The position numbers were made by a program, and so were the translations under genes. A model generated the notes under the pieces. The model was not told the origin of the DNA, ran no database searches, and was given only the letters and a program-made list of their open reading frames with translations. A stretch of 64,000 nucleotides of DNA from Puia sp. (GTDB lineage Bacteria; Bacteroidota; Bacteroidia; Chitinophagales; Chitinophagaceae), in NCBI RefSeq assembly GCF_035546395.1, contig NZ_DASZXR010000001.1, positions 34,624-98,623 on the forward strand. The letters are read 5' to 3'. Shown here in pieces: positions 34,765-44,545 of the stretch. Positions within the stretch are counted from its first letter, which is position 1; the number at the start of each line of letters is the position of its first letter.

Positions 34765-37164
34765 ATGCTCCGAAATTTTATCAAACTAACCGCCCGCCGG
34801 CTTATCCGGCAAAAGGGCTTCACCTTCATCAACATCCTCGGTCTCACCGTCGGCCTCTCCTCGTGCATCCTCATCGGTCTCTTCATCGCCGATGAGCTGG
34901 GCTACGACAATTTCCAGGCAAACGGCAACCGCATCGTCCGCCTCGTCATGGAATTCGGGGCTCCGGGCCGTTCGTCGACGGTCGCCTACACCGGCACCAA
35001 ACCTGGCCCCCAATTCAAACGCAGCTTCCCGGAGGTCCGCGAATTCGTCCGCTTTGCAAAATATACCCGCTCAGTCGGAGCCGGTGACAAGAATTTCAAA
35101 GAGTCGGAATTCATCTATGCCGATACCCCCTTGCTGTCCGTATTCTCCTTTCCCCTGCTGTCCGGCGACCCGAAGACCCTGGCAAGCCCCCAGCATCTGT
35201 TCATCTCCCGTCGGTCTGCACTCAAATACTTCGGGTCCACGGATGTCGTGGGGAAAACCCTGCGGATCGATTATACCAAAGACTATACGATCGGCGGGGT
35301 CCTGCAGGACCCCCCTGGCAATTCCCAGATCCAGTTTGATTTCGTCGCCAACTTCGCGGAGCTTCCCCAGGCCGCCGAGGAAAATTGGTTCAACGCCAAC
35401 TGGTTCACCTATCTCTTGCTGAACGACCCGAAGAACGCGCCGGCTCTCGAACAACGGATCAACGCCTATACACAGACCCCGGCCGTCAAACAGCAGGCGG
35501 AATTGAAAGGCAACGAATACCTCTCCTATCACCTGGAACCGCTGCACCGGGTTCACCTGTATTCCGCCTATGAAGGACTCGAACCCAACGGGAGCGTAAC
35601 GACCATCTATATCCTGCTGGCCATCGGCCTGCTGATCCTCGTCGTAGCCTGCTTCAATTATACCAACCTCACCATCGCCCAGTCGGCCAACCGCACCGGG
35701 GAGATCGGCATCCGCAAAGTGCTGGGCGCCGCCCGCGGCCAGCTGTTCTCACAGTTTGCCGGTGAATCCCTGCTGCTCACCTTCGTCTCCCTGGTCCTCG
35801 CACTGGCGGTCAGCATCGCGTTGCTACCCTCCTTCGACCAGTTGACGGGTAAGCAGCTGCTTGCCCGCGACATCCTGCAGCCCGGGACCCTTGTCCCCAT
35901 CTTCGCAGCGGCAGGGGCCATCGGCTTTTTGGCCGGCGCCTACCCCGCCCTGCTTCTCTCCGGTACAAAACTCATCACCATCCTACGGTCCGGCTTCCGG
36001 CTCGCCGGCCGCAATACCGGCCTGCGCCAGACCCTCATCGTCGTGCAATTCGTGATCTCCCTTTTCCTGATCATCAGCACTGTCGTCATCCTCCAGCAAA
36101 TGAGTTTCATCCGGAACAAAGACCTGGGCTACAATCGGGATCATGTCCTCGTGATCCCCTATAGCTGGCGCGACATGGCCCAGTACAACGCTTTGAGAAC
36201 GGCCATGGGGGGCCTGCCGGGAGTACGGCAGATCACCGGCTCCAGCAGCGTCCCCACCTCGGTCGGCTGGACGGACATGCTGTCCACCGATAACGGCAAC
36301 GGCCCGATCCGCTTTCCTGTCAACTGCATTCCCGCTGATTTGAATTTCGTACGGACAATGGACATGCAGCTGATTGCGGGCGCCGATCTTACCATGGCCG
36401 ATCTGCCGGCCAACAGGCCCATCAACGCCGACAGCAGCCGGACGCTATCCTTCATCATCAACGAGACCGCTGCAAAAAAGATCGGCTGGAGCCCCGAACA
36501 AGCCCTTGGTAAAACGATCACCCGTTATAACCAGAACGGCGTGGTAAGAGGGGTGGTAAAGGACTTCCATTTCGCCTCCATGCATCAACCCATCGGCCCG
36601 ATCCTCATTTATGCCGATACAGGCGAGATCCATTGCCTCCTGCTTCGCCTCGGCGGAACTCCTCTTCCCGCAGTGATCGACCGGCTGCAAGCCACCTGGA
36701 AACAATATATCGCCGTACGCCCCTTCGAATACCATTTCCTCGACGAGGATTTCAACAATCTATACCTGGCGGAACAACGCACCGCCACCATCTTTACGCT
36801 CTTTTCCACCCTCGCCATCCTCCTGGCCTGCCTCGGCCTTTTCGGCCTGGCCGCCATCAGCACGGTCCAGCGGACAAAAGAGATCGGTATCCGCAAGGTC
36901 CTCGGCGCAGACCTGCTCAACATCTGCCTGTTGATCAGCCGCTCCTTCCTCGGAATGGTCCTGCTCGCCATCGTGATCGCCAGCCCACTGGCCTGGCTAG
37001 CGACCGACAAATGGCTGCAAGGCTTCGCCTATCGCATCCCCGTGCATGCCTGGGTCTTCCCGCTGGCCGGCATCGGCGTCGTCGCCCTCGCCTTCGCGAC
37101 GGTCAGCTATCACGCGCTCCGCGCCGCGGGCATGAACCCCGCGAAGAGTCTCAAAACAGAATAG
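34765..37164 (+). CDS. ABC transporter permease, MacB/FtsX-type
   Basis: MLRNFIKLTARRL, FNYTNLTIAQSANRTGEIGIRKVLGA, QRTKEIGIRKVLGA, NPAKSLKTE. Confidence 0.93.
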   Translation: MLRNFIKLTARRLIRQKGFTFINILGLTVGLSSCILIGLFIADELGYDNFQANGNRIVRLVMEFGAPGRSSTVAYTGTKPGPQFKRSFPEVREFVRFAKYTRSVGAGDKNFKESEFIYADTPLLSVFSFPLLSGDPKTLASPQHLFISRRSALKYFGSTDVVGKTLRIDYTKDYTIGGVLQDPPGNSQIQFDFVANFAELPQAAEENWFNANWFTYLLLNDPKNAPALEQRINAYTQTPAVKQQAELKGNEYLSYHLEPLHRVHLYSAYEGLEPNGSVTTIYILLAIGLLILVVACFNYTNLTIAQSANRTGEIGIRKVLGAARGQLFSQFAGESLLLTFVSLVLALAVSIALLPSFDQLTGKQLLARDILQPGTLVPIFAAAGAIGFLAGAYPALLLSGTKLITILRSGFRLAGRNTGLRQTLIVVQFVISLFLIISTVVILQQMSFIRNKDLGYNRDHVLVIPYSWRDMAQYNALRTAMGGLPGVRQITGSSSVPTSVGWTDMLSTDNGNGPIRFPVNCIPADLNFVRTMDMQLIAGADLTMADLPANRPINADSSRTLSFIINETAAKKIGWSPEQALGKTITRYNQNGVVRGVVKDFHFASMHQPIGPILIYADTGEIHCLLLRLGGTPLPAVIDRLQATWKQYIAVRPFEYHFLDEDFNNLYLAEQRTATIFTLFSTLAILLACLGLFGLAAISTVQRTKEIGIRKVLGADLLNICLLISRSFLGMVLLAIVIASPLAWLATDKWLQGFAYRIPVHAWVFPLAGIGVVALAFATVSYHALRAAGMNPAKSLKTE

Positions 37165-38358
37165 TAACGGGAAAAAACAAAAGAGGAACAGCGAATGCTG
37201 CATCTCCAGCGTCGACTGGGTCAGCGCAAGCAGCAGCAGCATAATGAGAACCAGCCAGCCGGCCCTGGTCCCCGTTCGTCGGGCGAGATCCACCATCAGC
37301 CCGATGGCGGCAAGGAAGATGCAAAGCCCGATCACCCCGCTACGGACAAAGGTCTCGACGAATTGATTGTGGAAATTATAACCCCGGTACCGCATCTCCG
37401 CAGTAAGATATTTCCGGTTCAACAGGTCCTGGCTGTCGCCCGCGCTCACGCCGATGACCCAGGCGTTCTTTTCGTTGACGATCTCCTCCGCGAATTCCCA
37501 CATGAGCAGCCGCAGCGACACCCCGTTGAAGTGAGCATGCCTGTCGTTCGGATGCTGACCAAGATACCGCCAGTCATCATGCAGGATATCCCGGTATCGC
37601 TGCTGGACCGGGTTGTGCGTGACGGCCAGCGCAGTGCCCCCGGCGATCACCAGCTCGACAACGCCAATGGACCGTCGCGCCTTCAGCCGAAGCCCACGCC
37701 ATCCCGATTTCGACACGATAAAGACCACCGTCAACACCGCCAGCAACAATTTCGAATTCAGCAGGATCATCATCACCGTGAAAAGGGCGATCATTGCCCC
37801 GCGAAAAGCGCCATTCCCCTCCGGACTCAGCAGAAAGATCAACGCGATCAGCACGTAACCCGAGAAAAATACCGCGTTGAGATCGATCACTGCCGTTAGC
37901 TCGTGATAGAAGAAGACCCCCGCCCGTCCCGTGTCCCAAAGCCGGAAACCAGCCACCATCAGGCAAAGGATGCTGATCGCGACGAGCAACCGGCAATACG
38001 CCTTCATCAGCTGCCGGAACCCCTGCCGGTCGATGACGGCGCCGCTGCAAAAGACGAACGGGATGGCGACAAGCGTCGCCTTGCTCTCCACGTGCTTGAA
38101 AGCGGTGCGAAGGTCATGCGTGTAGAATAACCCCGCCACCTCTATCGCAAAAAGGGAGAAATAAGCCAGGAAGAACCGGTTGGAAAAAGCCCTGCGAACG
38201 GCCTCGAGCGGTCTACCTCCATCGGCCAGCCGAAAGATCACCAGCGCGATGATCAGACAGCTATTGAGATTGAACCAGGAGCACAGCGTTGTGCCGATAA
38301 CAGCCATCGTCAATAGGAAAAAGGCCTTCTTTTGAAGGAAAGGAATATGCGCATCCAT
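36997..38358 (-). CDS. O-antigen ligase/Wzy_C-family membrane protein
   Basis: Multi-TM protein; SLRLLMWE, GVSAGDSQDLL, YNFHNQFVETF..SGVIG are Wzy_C-type motifs. The 3' end overlaps the convergent permease by 168 nt. Confidence 0.8.
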   Translation of the reverse strand: MDAHIPFLQKKAFFLLTMAVIGTTLCSWFNLNSCLIIALVIFRLADGGRPLEAVRRAFSNRFFLAYFSLFAIEVAGLFYTHDLRTAFKHVESKATLVAIPFVFCSGAVIDRQGFRQLMKAYCRLLVAISILCLMVAGFRLWDTGRAGVFFYHELTAVIDLNAVFFSGYVLIALIFLLSPEGNGAFRGAMIALFTVMMILLNSKLLLAVLTVVFIVSKSGWRGLRLKARRSIGVVELVIAGGTALAVTHNPVQQRYRDILHDDWRYLGQHPNDRHAHFNGVSLRLLMWEFAEEIVNEKNAWVIGVSAGDSQDLLNRKYLTAEMRYRGYNFHNQFVETFVRSGVIGLCIFLAAIGLMVDLARRTGTRAGWLVLIMLLLLALTQSTLEMQHSLFLFCFFPLLFCFETLRGVHARGAERVIADRREGEGDDADAGQREDPGMHGDAIGEALQPFVGR

Positions 38359-38429
38359 AGCACGATGGAAACGCGGATAAAACTGTTAAAAGTTGCCTTC
38401 GTTGGCACCAATCTTGCAATAATGAAGCA

Positions 38430-39326
38430 ATGACCCGGTACCTGCTACCCTCTGCATTGGTTCTCATACTGTTGCTAGGCAGCTGTAAAAAGGACTCCAC
38501 TCCATCCCAAGAGGGAGGCGGTACCGATACTACCGGGACCAACCCCTCGTCGCCCGCCACAAGCTCAAAAAAAGGGGTCGATTTCAACGTTTATGCCCAG
38601 TATGGAAACTTCGAGACAAATGTGGTCAATCTGAAGGCATTCTGGTATTACACCTGGGGAACGCTCGTCCCGCTTCCCTCCCCGAAGAATTGCGAATTCG
38701 TGTCCATGTTCTGGGGACCCGGCAATATGACCGATGCGAACATCTCGGCCACTCGGCAGTCCAAAGCGCAGGGGACCGTCAAAAATATCATCGCCTTCAA
38801 CGAACCCGATCGCCAGGATCAGTCGAATATGACCGTGTCGCAGGCCCTCGCCTACTGGCCAAAATTGGAAGGTCTCGGCCTGCCCCTCGGCAGTCCCGCC
38901 ACTTCCTGGCCCACCCTTCAATGGTTTTATGATTTCATGGACTCGGCCATCGCCGAAAAAAGGCGCGTGGACTTCATCTGCGTACACATGTATGTCGGAA
39001 CGGACGACAACGCTTTTGTCCAAACGCTGCAAACCGTCTATGACAAATACCACCTCCCTATCTGGATCACCGAATTCGCCACCGCCGACTGGAACGCCAC
39101 ATCTGCCTCCGCGAATCAATATTCCCCCGCCGATGTGCTCGGTTTCATGCAGCGCCTCCTGCCCAGGCTGGACGCACTTCCCTACGTCCAGCGCTATTCC
39201 TGGTTCTCCGGTTCTCCCACCGATCCTACGCTCTGGTCCTCGGCCCTCATCGGCGCCGATGGCAAGCTCACCACCCTCGGCCAATGGTACTCCAACTACC
39301 AACCCAATACGGCGATCAAACCCTAG
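38430..39326 (+). CDS. GH128-like (Glyco_hydro_cc) glycoside hydrolase lipoprotein, putative beta-1,3-glucanase
   Basis: Lipobox LGSC; WYYTWG, FVSMFWG, FNEPD (acid/base), HMY, IWITEF (nucleophile), RYSWF. Confidence 0.85.
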   Translation: MTRYLLPSALVLILLLGSCKKDSTPSQEGGGTDTTGTNPSSPATSSKKGVDFNVYAQYGNFETNVVNLKAFWYYTWGTLVPLPSPKNCEFVSMFWGPGNMTDANISATRQSKAQGTVKNIIAFNEPDRQDQSNMTVSQALAYWPKLEGLGLPLGSPATSWPTLQWFYDFMDSAIAEKRRVDFICVHMYVGTDDNAFVQTLQTVYDKYHLPIWITEFATADWNATSASANQYSPADVLGFMQRLLPRLDALPYVQRYSWFSGSPTDPTLWSSALIGADGKLTTLGQWYSNYQPNTAIKP

Positions 39327-39327
39327 T

Positions 39328-40842
39328 TCAGCGCTTCCGGTACAATACCCAGATATCATTGATCGTATTGATCCCCTTCGAATCCAGAATGGCGTCGATC
39401 CCCCATAACAGCCTCGAAGAATACAACACCCGCCGGTAACCCAGGCTATCCAGCCACCTTAGCTGCCCCTTCAGCTGATCATACGTACCCGCAACATACT
39501 CCGCCTCACGGGGCATCAGCCGCAGGGAATCCTCCGGCCCCAGCCGACGGAACCGCAAATTCGTCGCCGCCTCCCGGTAAAAGACGAACGGCAACCGGTG
39601 TTCCGTCTCAAACGGCGTTCGGTTGACCGTCCAGATCGTCACGGGCCGGTCCGCAAACTTACCTTTCAGCAAAACAGTAAAATAAAGCGCCTGTGAATAG
39701 GGCGTATATAACAGCACCACCAACAGGAACCCATTCAGTCCAATGCTGAACAACGCAAGACCGTTAAACAGCCGCCGCATGCCCTTCCGCTGCCGCCACC
39801 ACCAATCGATCAGCCCGGGCAAACCCCAGCCGACGATCAACGGAAGGACGTTCAGCACCGGGAAAAGGAATCGTTCCTCTTTATGCGCGACAAGACAATG
39901 CCCCAGGATAAAAAATAGCACTGCCAGCGTTAACGGTTGACGAAGCTGGCGCACAATCGCCTCCTTGAATCCCCCGTACAACAAAACGAGACTCAGCGGC
40001 GGCGTGACGATCACCGCGGCCAGCACTCCGACGTACAACAGGAACGAGGAGGTCCCCATCGACGCCGCCTTCCCTTCGACGATATTCACCTCGTAATAGG
40101 TATAGGGCGTAAAAACCCACTCGTGGTAGAAGGCTGCGTCAAGCACGGTATTCAAACCCATTCCGGCGATGAATCCGAGCGCCAGGGGAAGCATCCGCCG
40201 CCGTTCTTCGCGGACCGTCAGCATCCACACCCCGAATCCGGCAATGGCAAAAGCCGTTTGGAAACGGGCATAGAAGGCCAGGCTGAAAACAAACCCGGTC
40301 GCCAGCGCCACCCACCACCCTCTGCCGTCCTTACGATTGGAAAGATCATAACCAAAGACCCCTCCAAAGAATAAAAAGGAGGAAAGCATTTCGCTGCTGA
40401 ACAGCGTTCTTGTATAAGGAAGGAGCCACGAAAAATTCAGGATCAGCAACACTCCGAACAGCACCCGCCGGTCGCGTTGGAAATAATACAATGCCATTGC
40501 GTTGAACAGCACAAAAAGCAACAGACCAAAGATCATCCGCAACAGGCCCAGCTGGGAGTAGGGATCGTGCATCCCCAGCTCCGAGCAAAGCCAGGAATAA
40601 CCCGAGAAGAGATACACCTGCAACGTCGGTCGCAGATGCGCCGCAAATTCCCAAACCTGTCCCGCAGCCGATGGCCGGTGCAGCTGCCACGAGGAGAATT
40701 CGATGATCTGAAAATACTGATCGGGATGATAGATGCCCACGGCCGTCCAACAAAGGATGATCTGAACGAGAAGGGAAGCCAATAACAATATCTGTAGCCG
40801 GCGATCATCGCGCAGAATGCCTTTCAAGGTTTCGAAATACAT
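39328..40842 (-). CDS. GT-C membrane glycosyltransferase, Alg9/PIG-B (GT22)-like mannosyltransferase
   Basis: HPDQYFQIIEF, WEF..HLR, RTLFSSE, ARFQ, HKEERFLFP parallel PIG-B/GPI10 motifs; many TM segments. Confidence 0.75.
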   Translation of the reverse strand: MYFETLKGILRDDRRLQILLLASLLVQIILCWTAVGIYHPDQYFQIIEFSSWQLHRPSAAGQVWEFAAHLRPTLQVYLFSGYSWLCSELGMHDPYSQLGLLRMIFGLLLFVLFNAMALYYFQRDRRVLFGVLLILNFSWLLPYTRTLFSSEMLSSFLFFGGVFGYDLSNRKDGRGWWVALATGFVFSLAFYARFQTAFAIAGFGVWMLTVREERRRMLPLALGFIAGMGLNTVLDAAFYHEWVFTPYTYYEVNIVEGKAASMGTSSFLLYVGVLAAVIVTPPLSLVLLYGGFKEAIVRQLRQPLTLAVLFFILGHCLVAHKEERFLFPVLNVLPLIVGWGLPGLIDWWWRQRKGMRRLFNGLALFSIGLNGFLLVVLLYTPYSQALYFTVLLKGKFADRPVTIWTVNRTPFETEHRLPFVFYREAATNLRFRRLGPEDSLRLMPREAEYVAGTYDQLKGQLRWLDSLGYRRVLYSSRLLWGIDAILDSKGINTINDIWVLYRKR

Positions 40843-40910
40843 AGATCAATTGGGAATGCGCACCGAAAATAAGCCTTTGTGCTAAACAAATCAACCTGTA
40901 GCTTTACCGC

Positions 40911-43583
40911 ATGATGAGAAAATACCCCTTGCTGACCGTTCTCTTGTTGGCCGTTTCCGGCCTGCTCTACGCTCAGAACGACTACGAACTCAACACCGGC
41001 TGGAAATGCCAGGCCATCGGGAAGGTCAAAGCAGGCGGCGACAAGATCTCGCAACCCGGGTACTCCACCACCGGCTGGCTCGACGCCACCGTTCCGGGCA
41101 CGGTTCTCACGAGCCTCATCAATAATAAACTCGAACCCGATCCCTTTTATGGCCTCAACAACCAAAAGATCCCCGACATCTATACCGCCGGCCGCGAGCA
41201 CTATACCTACTGGTTCGTAAAGAACTTCAAGGAAGCCGCTTCAAAAGACCAGGGCAAGGACCAGGTCTGGCTCGACCTTCGCGGCGTCAACTACTCCTGC
41301 GAGATATTTCTGAATGGCCACAAGGTCAACGAACGTACCCACTATGGCATGTACCTCCGCCAGTCGTACAACATCACAAAATATCTCGCCGCCAACGGTG
41401 ACAACCGGCTCGCCGTCCTCGTCTATCCTCCCGATCCCGTCGGCAATCCCAACGGCGGCCAGGGCGGCGACGGCGAGATCGCCCGCAACGTCACACACCA
41501 GTATGTCGCCGGTTGGGACTGGATCCAACCCATCCGCGACCGCAATACCGGTATCTGGGACAAGGTGACGATCCATCACAGCGGCGCCGTGCGTATCCGC
41601 AACCCGCATATCATCACCGAGGTCTCCGGTATCCGATTCCCGGATGTGCCGGCCGCCCAACAAGCCCCCGCGGTCCTCCGCGTCAGCGCGGAACTGGAGA
41701 ATACGAGCGCCGATACGGTCTCCGGCTGGTTGCACTATGTTCTCGACGGTGATTCCACAATAGGCAGCTTCAAACTCGCCCCACATTCCATAAAAGAAGT
41801 TCATCTTCCATTCCATATCCTCCGCCATCCGCGGATTTGGTGGCCCAATGGTTACGGCGATCAGCCACTGTACAAAACAAGCCTGTCTGTCATCGAAGAA
41901 ATGACCGAGGCCAGTGCCGAAAACGGCAAACGCCTCTACCGCGATGCCGACGCCATCCCCCTCGACTTCGGCGTCCGCGAGCTCTCTACCACCTGGAACA
42001 CCACGACGCACAGCGCGCAGCTGACCGTCAATGGCCAGAAGATCTTTATAAAAGGCGGCAACTACATCGTCTCCGACGAACTCCTCCGCCTCAGCCCCGA
42101 ACGCTACGACGCCGAGGTCCGCTTCCACCGCGACATGAACCTCAACCTCATCCGCGTCTGGGGCGGCGCCCTTACCGAACGTCCCGAATTCTACGCCGCC
42201 TGCGACCGCTATGGCCTGCTGGTCTTCCAGGACTTCTGGAACTCCGGCGACTGCAACGGTCGCTGGGAAGACCCCATGAAGAAGGAGGATCAATGGACCC
42301 GCAAAAAATACCCCGACGACCATGACCTGTTCATCCGCTCCGCAGCCGACCAGGTCAAAATGCTCCGCAACCATCCCTCCCTCGCCTTCTGGTGCGGCGG
42401 CAACGAGATCACCCCGCCGACCGACATTTTCGCCGCGCTCAAGGACTCGATCATTCCCCGGCTCGACGGCACCCGCACCTTCTTCGACTACTCCAATTCG
42501 GACAGCATGTCCTTCAACAACCTCGGCGGCAACGGCGACGGTCCCTACGGTATCCAGGATATAAGAACTTTCTGGGGCAAGCGCACCTTCCCCTTCAACT
42601 CCGAGATCGGCTCCGTCGGTGTGGGGGATATCGAATCCCTCGAGCGCTTCATTCCCAAAGAACACCTGGTCGCACCTGCCCCTCATCAAGTTGAAGACGA
42701 AGTCTTCAACTATCACAAATACATCGGCTACGACTCTTCCGTCTACGCCTATGGCCCTATAAAAGATCTCCGCGACTTCACGGAAAAAGCCCAATTAGTC
42801 AACTACGACCAGTACCGCGCCCTCATGGAAGGATTCAGCGCCCACATGTGGGACTGGTACACCGGCGCCATCATCTGGAAGACCCAGAATCCCTGGACCG
42901 CCCTCCGGGGTCAGATGTATGACTATTACCTCGATCCCAACGCCTGTCTCTACGGCCTCCACAGCGGCAGCGAACCCCTGCACATCATGTACGACCCTGT
43001 CACCGGCATGACCATGATCGCCAACAATACCTTCCGTACGGTCCGCGATCTGATGATGCAAATACAGGTGCTGGATATGAATGGCAAGACCCTGTCGAAG
43101 AGCCAGCAGTTCTTCGAGGTTGGCCCGACCGTCGCCAAGAATTATATTCCCATCGGTCACCAGCTCGATCGCCTGCGGGCAAAAGAAGGGGTCTTCCTCT
43201 CCCTCCGCCTGCTGGACCTGAACCAAAAGATCGTCAGCGATAACTTATATTGGCTCCCCGACAGCACCGGCGTCTACAGCGGCCTTCAGCACCTGCCCGC
43301 CAGCGCTGTCGCTGTCACCGCCACTCAAACGGAAAAGACCCGCATCTCCGTCATATTCAAAAATCCCGCCAGTGGCGCCGTGGCGTTCTTCAACCGGGTA
43401 TCTCTCATAGACCCCAAAACAAAACAGCGCCTCCTGCCGGTCTTCTACAGCGACAACTACGTCTCCATACTCCCCGGTGAAGCAAAGACCATCACCCTGG
43501 ACTACACGCCAAAACCCGGCGTGACACCCCAGGTCGCGGTCCGCGGCTGGAACCTGGAAGAAAAAACTTACCCGGTAAAATGA
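40911..43583 (+). CDS. GH2 glycoside hydrolase, beta-mannosidase-like and close to plant endo-beta-mannosidase
   Basis: Signal peptide; GGQGGD...QYVAGWDWIQPIRDRNTGIWD, MNLNLIRVWGG, NHPSLAFWCGGNE (acid/base), FNSEIGS (nucleophile). Confidence 0.88.
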   Translation: MMRKYPLLTVLLLAVSGLLYAQNDYELNTGWKCQAIGKVKAGGDKISQPGYSTTGWLDATVPGTVLTSLINNKLEPDPFYGLNNQKIPDIYTAGREHYTYWFVKNFKEAASKDQGKDQVWLDLRGVNYSCEIFLNGHKVNERTHYGMYLRQSYNITKYLAANGDNRLAVLVYPPDPVGNPNGGQGGDGEIARNVTHQYVAGWDWIQPIRDRNTGIWDKVTIHHSGAVRIRNPHIITEVSGIRFPDVPAAQQAPAVLRVSAELENTSADTVSGWLHYVLDGDSTIGSFKLAPHSIKEVHLPFHILRHPRIWWPNGYGDQPLYKTSLSVIEEMTEASAENGKRLYRDADAIPLDFGVRELSTTWNTTTHSAQLTVNGQKIFIKGGNYIVSDELLRLSPERYDAEVRFHRDMNLNLIRVWGGALTERPEFYAACDRYGLLVFQDFWNSGDCNGRWEDPMKKEDQWTRKKYPDDHDLFIRSAADQVKMLRNHPSLAFWCGGNEITPPTDIFAALKDSIIPRLDGTRTFFDYSNSDSMSFNNLGGNGDGPYGIQDIRTFWGKRTFPFNSEIGSVGVGDIESLERFIPKEHLVAPAPHQVEDEVFNYHKYIGYDSSVYAYGPIKDLRDFTEKAQLVNYDQYRALMEGFSAHMWDWYTGAIIWKTQNPWTALRGQMYDYYLDPNACLYGLHSGSEPLHIMYDPVTGMTMIANNTFRTVRDLMMQIQVLDMNGKTLSKSQQFFEVGPTVAKNYIPIGHQLDRLRAKEGVFLSLRLLDLNQKIVSDNLYWLPDSTGVYSGLQHLPASAVAVTATQTEKTRISVIFKNPASGAVAFFNRVSLIDPKTKQRLLPVFYSDNYVSILPGEAKTITLDYTPKPGVTPQVAVRGWNLEEKTYPVK

Positions 43584-44425
43584 TCGCGATAACGCTTCTT
43601 GAACTCCGAAGGATTCATTCCCTCATGAAGCCGGAACAATTTATTGAAATAGGAAACACTCTCTAACCCGACCTCGAACGCCGCCTCGGTCACCGACCGC
43701 CCCTGCAACAGCAGCGTCTTCGCCTGCCCGATCCGGTATTGATTCACAAAATCTGTAAAGGTCATCCTCGTCTGCCGTTTGAAATACCGGCAGAACGCCG
43801 CCGTGCTCAAATGCACCTGCGCCGCAACCTCATTGACGTCCGGTCCCTGGTCATAACGGCGATGAATATACTCATACACCGACGACATCCGGACCTTGTC
43901 CGTCAGCATGCTCTTTACGCCCGTTTGCTCCTCATTCAGCTGCAGCACGTCCACCCTCTCCGCCGCCAGCTGGTAAAAGATCCGCAGCAAAGCCACCAGT
44001 TGCTCAAATGGGCCAAGATCAAACATGGCTTTCAATTCCGAACCCACCCGCTCCTTTACGGCTCCGCCAAACGATAACCCGTAAGCCGCCCTTGCAAACA
44101 GCTTCTCCACCCCGCCCAGTTCCGGCGCATGTTGCAACGCATCGCCAAGAAAGTCGGGCGCCAACTGCACCACCACCTGGTGATATTCGGTCTTCAATCC
44201 GTAATCGAAATTCAAATGGGGGATATTCGGACCGATAAGCACAAGATCGCTCTCGATATAGCTCGACACATGCAAGCCGACATGGCGGATCCCGGCCGTC
44301 GCTTCCACATATACAAGCTCATATTCGGGATGATAATGCCAGTAGAAATGATCCCGCAGACTCGGTGAGAACAGCCGGAAACTCTGCCCCTCCCCGGGCA
44401 CCACTTTTTCGAGTTGGACCTTCAT
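43568..44425 (-). CDS. AraC-family regulator with cupin sensor domain
   Basis: WHYHPEYELVYV, GPNIPH, HLSTAAFCRYFKRQT, GLESVSYFNKLFR. Confidence 0.93.
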   Translation of the reverse strand: MKVQLEKVVPGEGQSFRLFSPSLRDHFYWHYHPEYELVYVEATAGIRHVGLHVSSYIESDLVLIGPNIPHLNFDYGLKTEYHQVVVQLAPDFLGDALQHAPELGGVEKLFARAAYGLSFGGAVKERVGSELKAMFDLGPFEQLVALLRIFYQLAAERVDVLQLNEEQTGVKSMLTDKVRMSSVYEYIHRRYDQGPDVNEVAAQVHLSTAAFCRYFKRQTRMTFTDFVNQYRIGQAKTLLLQGRSVTEAAFEVGLESVSYFNKLFRLHEGMNPSEFKKRYRDHFTG

Positions 44426-44449
44426 ATACCAAAAATTACGGAAAAATCG

Positions 44450-44484
44450 GCAAAACTAGTCAATACAGAGCAAAAACAGGTCAA
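44450..44484. promoter_or_regulatory. Tandem direct repeats, candidate AraC half-sites in the divergent promoter
   Basis: GCAAAACTAGTCAA (44450) and GCAAAAACAGGTCAA (44470), about 20-21 nt apart. Confidence 0.45.
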
Positions 44485-44545
44485 CCCGGCGGTTGTTCCG
44501 CAGGGCCCCCGCGATCGATCTTTACATCGTCAAACAACATGTCAT

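Noticed and set aside
10581-43583. One large polysaccharide utilisation locus
   Set aside because: The CAZymes and susCD are in separate, differently oriented transcription units interleaved with unrelated genes.
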